From the NCBI GenBank assembly GCA_000091205.1, contig AP006489.2: 64,000 nucleotides of DNA. One strand, given 5' to 3'. The position numbers were made by a program, and so were the translations under genes. Source of the DNA: Cyanidioschyzon merolae (Eukaryota). Shown one piece after another: positions 57,301-64,000 of this stretch. The stretch's first letter is position 1, and every line of letters starts with the position of its first letter. Below the pieces are notes generated by a model. It saw only the letters and a program-made list of their open reading frames with translations, was not told where the DNA came from and did no database searches.

Positions 57301-57754
57301 GATGACAACTTGTGCATGAAAAACCTCGAGAACAACCTGAAGCACCGTATTCGCAACCTGAATGCTGTCTTCGACATCCCTCCGCTGCTGAAAATACAGC
57401 TGGCGTCATTGCAGACACCGATGTAATTTAAAGTAGAAAATGAGATAGAGAAAAAAAGCAGACGCAGAAAAGACCCCTCAAACGCGTGTGTTGATGACTG
57501 CTGGAAGAGCATCAAACTCTGGTACCTGCCTACCTATCTACCTATATGTGTGTATGTGTGGTCTTGGACGTCTGTCCATTTTACGCTTCCAAGACTATCG
57601 AAGCACAGAGAGGAACGCGGCAGCTGGTGACTGACGATGGCCCTGACGCCCAGCGCGCCCGGTCGCCACACTGCCCGAGCTGAACGCTGCGTCTTTACCC
57701 AAGCGGAGCGTTCGAAGCGTTCATAGCAGCTGGCGTACTGCCGCTGCCATAGTT

Positions 57755-59713
57755 ATGGAAAACTTGCTCTTCCAGGCAGAAGGAATCGGAACCGGGAACG
57801 ACACCGATTCTGAACCCGGCGATGAGCGCAACTCAACAACCGAGCTCTGGGAGCACAGCGCTGCGGCACTGGCGCGCAACCCCTGCGGCTGTCCTGCAGA
57901 AGAAAGCCAAGCACGATGTTGCCGCGACCTAGACGCTAGGCAAAACTCCCATAGTCATCCGGAACAACGAGCGATCGTCTGTACGCACGAGGCGGTGTTC
58001 AGCCTCGACGAACGCGGCTCAGTAGCGGCTCCGTCGCTGGATACCCGACACTTACTTGCTGAGCCACCGGCACTCGCAACCTCGCTTGGCACCCATTATC
58101 GGCAAATTGGGCTTGCCGTTCCGCCAAATGGGGAACTGCAGTGCTTCACGCCTCGAGGAGAGGCGCTTTCAGCCTACTGGCGAACGAGTCAACTCGGGGG
58201 GCCTGTCACGAGTACCTGCGTCGGCGAACTGGATCCGCTCGAGCACGTCGCTAACCAGACCGTGCTGGACGCGACATCGAGCCGGGGGCTCACTACACCC
58301 GCAGAGCACCATGAAAAGGGCATTGCAGAGCCAGTGACGACGCAACCCGTTTTCCGAATCGTTCTCACAGGTGGTCCGTGCGCCGGCAAGACCACTGCAA
58401 TGGCCCTGTTGGCTGAAAGGTTCCGTTCCCGCGGTTTCCGGGTATTCCTCGTACCAGAGGCTGCAACGCTGCTCTTTACGGGCGGTGCCGGCCAGGCGAA
58501 TATCACTGGAGACTCAGAGTGTCGGATCCTGTTCCAGAGCATTCTAGCTCGCCTCCAGATCACACTGGAGGACGGTTTCTTCGCGCTGGCACAACAGTGT
58601 CGAGCGCCGTCTATCGTTCTCTGTGATCGCGGCTTCCTCGATGGTCGTGCCTACATGTCTGGAGACGAGTATACCGAAATGCTTGGTCAAAACGCATGGA
58701 ATCTGATCGAGATGCGCGATCAGCGGTACGACGCTGTCTTGCACCTGGTGACTGCAGCGGATGGAGCGGAATCGTTTTACACCTGCGAGGGCCACGCTGC
58801 GCGTTCGGAAAGCCTCCGTGAAGCACGACAAGTGGACGCTCGAACCCGGGAAGCTTGGTCGGGTCATCCGCGCCTGTACGTTATCGAAAATCGCAATCGC
58901 TGGCTGGCAGAGCATTCATCGACGTGCTCTCTGGACGAGGCCCCAGCCGCTGCACCACCGAATGACCAAGAATTCCTACCGCTGGGGCACTGCACACCGT
59001 CTCCAGGTTTCGCGGAGAAAATGGAACGTCTCTTCTCCATCGTTTGCCGGCTTGTTGGCTTGCCAACTCCGGCCCATATGCTGGATCGCAAGTTCCTTCT
59101 CACGCCCGACGCGAACATGGTGAATCATTTGCGAGCAGATCCACATGTTCGTGGCCTGCAGACGTTTCGCGTTGAGCAGACATTCCTCATTCGCGCGCAG
59201 GCCTCTAGTAGCAATGACAAGTCGGATCCCAAGAACCAATCCCAGGCACCAGTGTTTTGGGCCAGTCAGCAAGAGCATGTGCGGCGGCGAGGTCGAGACG
59301 GTTTCCATAGCTACACGCACTGCATCCGCCGCCGCTATGCAGAATGGAGTCACCAGCAATCGAATCCAATCTCAGAGCGCAAAGCACAGCCGTGGGTTGA
59401 ACTGCGCCGCAACATCAGCCTCCAAGAGTATCATTTGTTGCTGGGGTACGCAGACCCACGTCATCGGACGCTTTTAGTATGGCGTTCCTGTTTCTTCTAT
59501 CACAATGCTTACTTTGTTCTAGACCAGATAGAGAACGCAAACGTTGGGCCGGTGGCGCTTCTTCGAACGAGCGCTTCGTCAACGTCGCGCTCGGGGTCGA
59601 CGGACGCGCCGACGCCTGCGGGACTCCCGCTCAGCAACTGCGTTCGCTGTGAAGTGACCGCTGATGCGAGGTACGCATTCTACGCCCTGTCTCGACGCTG
59701 TCCATGTAGTTAG
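57755..59713 (+). CDS. P-loop NTPase of the AAA_28 (NadR/NRK-like) type fused to a C-terminal CYTH-like (triphosphate-tunnel) region
   Basis: The Walker A 'FRIVLTGGPCAGKTTAMALLAERF' is followed by 'VFLVPEAATLLF' and 'IVLCDRGFLDGRAYM', the AAA_28 pattern. The C-terminal part 'FRVEQTFLI...HCIRRRY...LLVWRSCFFYHNAYFVLDQIENANVGPVALL' resembles a CYTH beta-barrel (EiErKFL ... K.Ry ... DvF). That part is inference. Confidence 0.5.
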   Translation: MENLLFQAEGIGTGNDTDSEPGDERNSTTELWEHSAAALARNPCGCPAEESQARCCRDLDARQNSHSHPEQRAIVCTHEAVFSLDERGSVAAPSLDTRHLLAEPPALATSLGTHYRQIGLAVPPNGELQCFTPRGEALSAYWRTSQLGGPVTSTCVGELDPLEHVANQTVLDATSSRGLTTPAEHHEKGIAEPVTTQPVFRIVLTGGPCAGKTTAMALLAERFRSRGFRVFLVPEAATLLFTGGAGQANITGDSECRILFQSILARLQITLEDGFFALAQQCRAPSIVLCDRGFLDGRAYMSGDEYTEMLGQNAWNLIEMRDQRYDAVLHLVTAADGAESFYTCEGHAARSESLREARQVDARTREAWSGHPRLYVIENRNRWLAEHSSTCSLDEAPAAAPPNDQEFLPLGHCTPSPGFAEKMERLFSIVCRLVGLPTPAHMLDRKFLLTPDANMVNHLRADPHVRGLQTFRVEQTFLIRAQASSSNDKSDPKNQSQAPVFWASQQEHVRRRGRDGFHSYTHCIRRRYAEWSHQQSNPISERKAQPWVELRRNISLQEYHLLLGYADPRHRTLLVWRSCFFYHNAYFVLDQIENANVGPVALLRTSASSTSRSGSTDAPTPAGLPLSNCVRCEVTADARYAFYALSRRCPCS

Positions 59714-60850
59714 CGTCGGTAACCGTTGCGAGGAACGCACGAGGTCGCAACGCGAAGATGTGACGGGAGGCCAGCGAACGCGCTCGAGTCCGGGGCGCAG
59801 GTGGATGCGCACTGCCGGAAATAGATGGACATGATGGAACAAGACTGAATATTTGCGTACAGCGACAATACCGTGCATGCGTTCGTTTCCTTCAACGCCT
59901 TCGAAGAGAATACCTTCCTCCGGGGCACCTGTTTCGGTGTCGATGACACCATCGAGTCGTCGATTATCGTGGCTATAACATTGTGGCGATTCGTTTGCCT
60001 GGAGAGCGACGCCAGTGTGTCGTGTTCACCACGGCCGTCGCTGAGCTCGTGGTGGTGCGGACGCACGTGGATAACGCGCCACGGGCCACCACCTTCAACA
60101 GGCCGCTGCAGGCACGTCAATGCTCGCTGCACGACAACTTTTCATATGTCTCTGGATTCTCCCGACGCAAGCATTAACCGCATCGTAGTGGCTCAAGAGC
60201 CGGTCCGATGCAGGGGCGCAACAGGTTAGCGTCTGTGTCGAGGCTTTTCATTGAGGCGACGGAACGGATCAGGTAGCAAAACGGGAGCGCACTCCCCGGG
60301 CGCCTGACTTGCATAAGCACGATGGCGCGCGAGGATTGCAGAGTTACCGCAGGTCGATGATGGGCACGAGTGACGGCGCAAGAAGGCCGTTTCGTACACC
60401 TTTCTCTCGATTTCATTCGAAGAGGTATGTGTATGGTCATTAAAGAACATGCGAGGGATGAGCCAAATGCATTGGACAGCACGCTTGTTGTCTGGGAATG
60501 CGCAAATCGGTAGCAACAGAAGCAGCGGCAATTCGGTCGCCTCCTGGCCTTAGCTGCTGGCCCTGCACGGCTGCGGGTGCAGCGCCCCGGACGCTTCGGA
60601 TGGTATGGACGGCCTCAAGCGTGAGGACCAGAGTTTGAACCTCGCAGATTCTCGAAACGCATCCCATGAGCGGGGCGATATGGTTCGCGTTCATCACTGG
60701 GCCATAGAATGCAGGAGGTGATCAACCAGCACGATCTCTTTATTGAGGAACGAATTGGCGCTCGGGTTACGATTGCCTACGCAAGAACGTTTCCTATAGG
60801 CACGTTCCAGGGAAGAACACGCACATGATGATTTCCGATGAATCCAGGGT

Positions 60851-61789
60851 TCACTTTTTGCCGCTGATATCGTTAACTTTTGTTTTCCCCGAGCTCGATC
60901 CGCTTTTGGATGGCCCGACTTGCACGGATGCCGGCCGACTCGTTGCGAGAATCGATAGGAACATGTTATAAGCAATTTGAATTGAGTTGATGTAAAGAAG
61001 GCGCTGACTCGGTGGAACGAAGCGAAAGTTAATGGCGTGCGCAACGGGCCAGACCGACCACGAGGCGCGAACTCCCGTGAACGTATCTGCCTTGATTTTC
61101 TTCACGGTTTCCTCAGTCGATGCACCGCTCAGCAAGCTTGTGTATCCCAGGAAAATTGCGGTGAATATGGGCGCCCACAGCAGCTGGTCAAGTGCAACTT
61201 TGGAGACCACTTCCCGCACGCCGGTTCCCTTGATCATCTGATCCAGAAATTGGTACCAATAATGGCCCGTTGATCCGTGAATGAGGAATCCAAACGACAT
61301 CATGCGGAAAAGGCGCTTCTTATCCAGTTTCTGCTTATCTAAAAAGTGCTGCGCTAGCACGTCGCCTAACCCGAAACCAACTAGAGACGTGAACATCTTC
61401 GTCAAAAGCGGCCGCTTAGCCAGGTTTTGGAGGTAGAGCGCCCACAGGGCAGCGAGCGGGTTCGGTCGACCCGACGCGCCGCCACCACCTCCGCCACCAC
61501 CACCACCACCTCCGCCACCACCACCGCTGCCGCTGCGACTACCACCGCTACCTCCCGTTCCTCCGTACGCAGGAGCCGCAGTACCCTCAGGCGGAACAGC
61601 GAAGCAGGCGCGCATCCGACGCTGCATCGGGGCGCCCTGCGCGCTCGCGCCGAGCGGTCGCCGGTGCCCCTGCGCCGGCACCCTGCGCCCCACAGAGCAA
61701 CGAAGAGGTGTCGTGTGCACAACCCCGCACGTCCTCGCGGAACGCCCAGGTACCTGCAGCAAACCCGACACAAAACATACGTCAATCAT
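60851..61789 (-). CDS. Mpv17/PMP22 (Sym1) family integral membrane protein with poly-Gly N-terminal extension
   Basis: 'LWALYLQNLAKRPLLTKMFTSLVGFGLGDVLAQ', 'WYQFLDQ', 'KVALDQLLWAPIF' and 'SWSVWPVAHAINFRFVP...IAYNMFLS' match the Mpv17/PMP22 family. The N-terminal GGSGGS...G(16) run is encoded by a (GGT/GGC)n tract. Confidence 0.85.
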   Translation of the reverse strand: MIDVCFVSGLLQVPGRSARTCGVVHTTPLRCSVGRRVPAQGHRRPLGASAQGAPMQRRMRACFAVPPEGTAAPAYGGTGGSGGSRSGSGGGGGGGGGGGGGGGGASGRPNPLAALWALYLQNLAKRPLLTKMFTSLVGFGLGDVLAQHFLDKQKLDKKRLFRMMSFGFLIHGSTGHYWYQFLDQMIKGTGVREVVSKVALDQLLWAPIFTAIFLGYTSLLSGASTEETVKKIKADTFTGVRASWSVWPVAHAINFRFVPPSQRLLYINSIQIAYNMFLSILATSRPASVQVGPSKSGSSSGKTKVNDISGKK

Positions 61790-63073
61790 TTAAAAGACTC
61801 GCTTCGGTTGTGGAAAGATGGATCCGCACACAAGTTCGCGCACGAAACCGCTGCCGCTCACTACCGTTACCGGCTGACTCAAGCGACACCACAGCGCGTA
61901 CGCTCGTGCAAAGCGCGCCGGCGATTCGAGCGAGCGTTACGCGCAGTCATCGAAGCGCAGCTGGCGCTGCCGGTGTCTGTCGATGATGATCACGGAGGTG
62001 CGCGCGCACCAGCGAGATCGTCGAATGCACGCCACGTTGCATCGTGTGTGTGCGCGCGCGATCTGAAGCAGCAGGCGTGCAACAGTGCCTTGAGTGTGCG
62101 TGTACGTGTGCGTGTGCGCCTGCTGCTGGCACGGTATGCTGGAACGGATGCGTTGGCGAGCGTGCCTTTGTTGTGGTACGCGTTCGCTGGAGCGAGTGCC
62201 CGCTATTCGGGAAGCACTGTGATGCTCGTGGCGGTATTTCCATGAGGTAGGTGTCGGGAGCGGATACGAGTCTAGCCGTACGATCAACTTGCAGAGCGTT
62301 GGGTACTGTCCAGTGCATCCTGGGAGCGGTACTGGGTGATGCGGAATCGAGGCCACCACCGATACGCGAGCGCCAGTATCTCGTTGGGCGGCACGCGGGC
62401 GTTGGTCGGTGTCAGCGCGCGGTTCATAGGGTGCAACTGGGCAGACGGGCGGGTGCGGCGGCGGTCCCTATGCGTTCGTATGTAGGCTATCGTTTGACTC
62501 CAGGTGGCTCTGTTTCGGACGGCGTTTGTCGGGGACTTCAGCGCACCTGCTCGTAATTTTCGCTGAAGATCGTCATGGGAACGACTTCGAGTGGGTACGT
62601 TCCGCTCGCAGAGAATGGGGGTTTTCTGAAACCCGACTGAGCACCTCACACTGCAACTGCGATTCTTGAGTTCCTGTTGATCTGGATGGTTTCCAGTTGG
62701 AAATCAATACGGGGGACTCTTGTTGCCAAATTGACAGTGGCGGCTGATAGACAAGACCTGCAGAGTGGATTCTACCGGGCCTTCGATTCCCGTTCGGGAT
62801 TCCGCGCTGCATGCGAATACCCGGAGGCGACGACGTGACCGCCGCCTGGTATGAGCCTGGTGTGACCCAGGCCATAAAGTCATCTGTTTGTGATGCCCAT
62901 GCAGCATGCGATTCAAGGCGCTGTCATGGCGCCCGCTGCCTACTACCGTCCCGAGTCGGATACGCACCAATCTGAGATCACTGGAGTGCAGTGGCTGCCT
63001 CCGCGATATTCACGCGTGTGCTTTACGAACCATCCTTTTCGGATGTGCGAGCGCACGATCGGCTGCACTGGAA

Positions 63074-63327
63074 AGCGATATTGTGTAACCACCGCAAGGA
63101 AGCCGCCCTTGTTAAACGCAATGCGATGCTGAATACGACTGTCGATTTCGCGATCAAGCCAATATTGTGTAACCACCGCTAGGAAGCCGACCCTGTTAAA
63201 AGCGATACCACACAGAATATGACTGTCGATTTCGCGATCAGGCCAATATTGTGTAACCACCGCAAGGAAGCCGACCCTGTTAAAAGCGATACCACACAGA
63301 ATACGACTGTCGATTTCGCGATCATGC
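63074..63327. repeat. Tandem repeat, ~84-bp unit, 3 copies
   Basis: 'aatattgtgtaaccaccgc(a/t)aggaagccg(a/c)cc(c/t)tgttaaa(a/c)gc(g/a)at...gactgtcgatttcgcgatca(a/g/t)gcc' recurs at 63078, 63161 and 63245. Confidence 0.85.
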
Positions 63328-64000
63328 CATTCGTAGTGCCATGCTCGGACTCTAGTGTGTAGCACTGTACTGCGCAAGGATCGGGGTGATCTCTTCCATA
63401 TATCTACACATGACATCGTATGAAGCTGGTGCTTGTTCCGACGCACCACATCTACATGGATATATAAACAAGGACGGCGTCATGTTTTCCGAGGTCGAGT
63501 GCGCTCGGTGAAAGAGGAGAGCATGTTCCCTTCAGGTTCCACACTGATTGACATCTGTGTCTCCCACATGCATACGCCAGTATTTGAAAATCTAGAGAGC
63601 GCACCAGTATCGTGCCAGGATGGTGTGTGCCTCTGAAACGGCGAAAGCCGCGCAGTGCCATGCAGCTGGCAGTACCATCTGGACACTGCGGACACAGGTG
63701 GCCGCGCACCGTCTTTTCCCGAGAGCGCATCCCATGATGCGCCACGGACGCGGGAAATCGCAGGTCGTGTCACGGAAACAGCAGATTCCGTGACGCCGGC
63801 GATGAACAGCGCATGCGCGCATCACGTATCTAGGCCGCAGCGCGCGACGTGGTGCGCGGCAGATGTGTATGTATGTGTCATTATTTCCCTGAAGCAGGAC
63901 GCTGCACCCGCGATGCGCTTCTAACGACGCATCTGATTTTATTGAGACGATGCGGTAAACACGATATCGGTTAGCACTCGTGTGCCTGCACCGGACCTCT

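Noticed and set aside
61427-62245. 272-aa plus-strand ORF overlapping the 5' part of the Mpv17-like gene
   Set aside because: The overlapping portion is the antisense of the (GGN)n poly-Gly tract (it reads as poly-Thr/Ala), and the remainder is Arg/Ala-rich low complexity. I see no independent evidence that it codes.
32375-63327. The tandem repeat arrays (63, 84, 116 and 147 bp units) as possible CRISPR arrays
   Set aside because: The units are contiguous tandem copies with no unique spacers. The context is eukaryotic nuclear DNA, and there are no cas-like genes anywhere in the window.
1-64000. A prokaryotic-style defence or mobile genetic system
   Set aside because: The window has no operonic arrangement and no RM, toxin-antitoxin, integrase, recombinase or transposase genes. 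All identified proteins are eukaryotic housekeeping families. The only system-like structure is the IR-bounded block reported above.

Overview
This window reads as nuclear DNA from a GC-rich, compact, intron-poor microbial eukaryote. I cannot name the organism from sequence alone; the architecture resembles stramenopiles such as oomycetes or labyrinthulomycetes, or a Cyanidioschyzon-like genome. It is not prokaryotic: there are no operons, and the genes are ordinary eukaryotic housekeeping proteins, each on its own strand, with orientation changing almost gene by gene. That strand-switching also argues against kinetoplastid polycistronic units. I can support about 20 protein-coding genes as long uninterrupted ORFs. 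They are UTP6 (N-terminal part), a tandem-CBM21 glycogen/starch-binding protein, an Spc24-like kinetochore protein, proteasome beta-3, condensin SMC2, the ER E3 ligase HRD1, a long low-complexity nuclear protein, phosphoribosylanthranilate isomerase, dephospho-CoA kinase, mitochondrial EF-G, mitochondrial Met-tRNA formyltransferase, an mTERF protein, P5C dehydrogenase, a GT71-type mannosyltransferase, an RTF1/Plus3 protein, a myristoylated PP2C, an AAA_28 P-loop plus CYTH-like protein, and an Mpv17/PMP22 protein. I could not support any rRNA, tRNA or CRISPR feature, and there is no prokaryotic-type defence or mobile system. The most unusual structure is a pair of ~1.29 kb inverted repeats, roughly 98-99% identical, at 41112-42405 and 54790-56074. 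They bracket a 12.4 kb block of four host genes. A nine-copy 63-bp minisatellite abuts the second copy, and its unit overlaps that copy's terminus. Other structure includes a ~260 bp dispersed repeat in three copies (95-350, 12965-13230, 57065-57300), several tandem satellites with 116, 147, 93, 84 and ~125 bp units, CAG microsatellites, convergent genes whose stop codons physically overlap (PSMB3/SMC2), and three nuclear-encoded mitochondrial gene-expression factors co-oriented within 11 kb.
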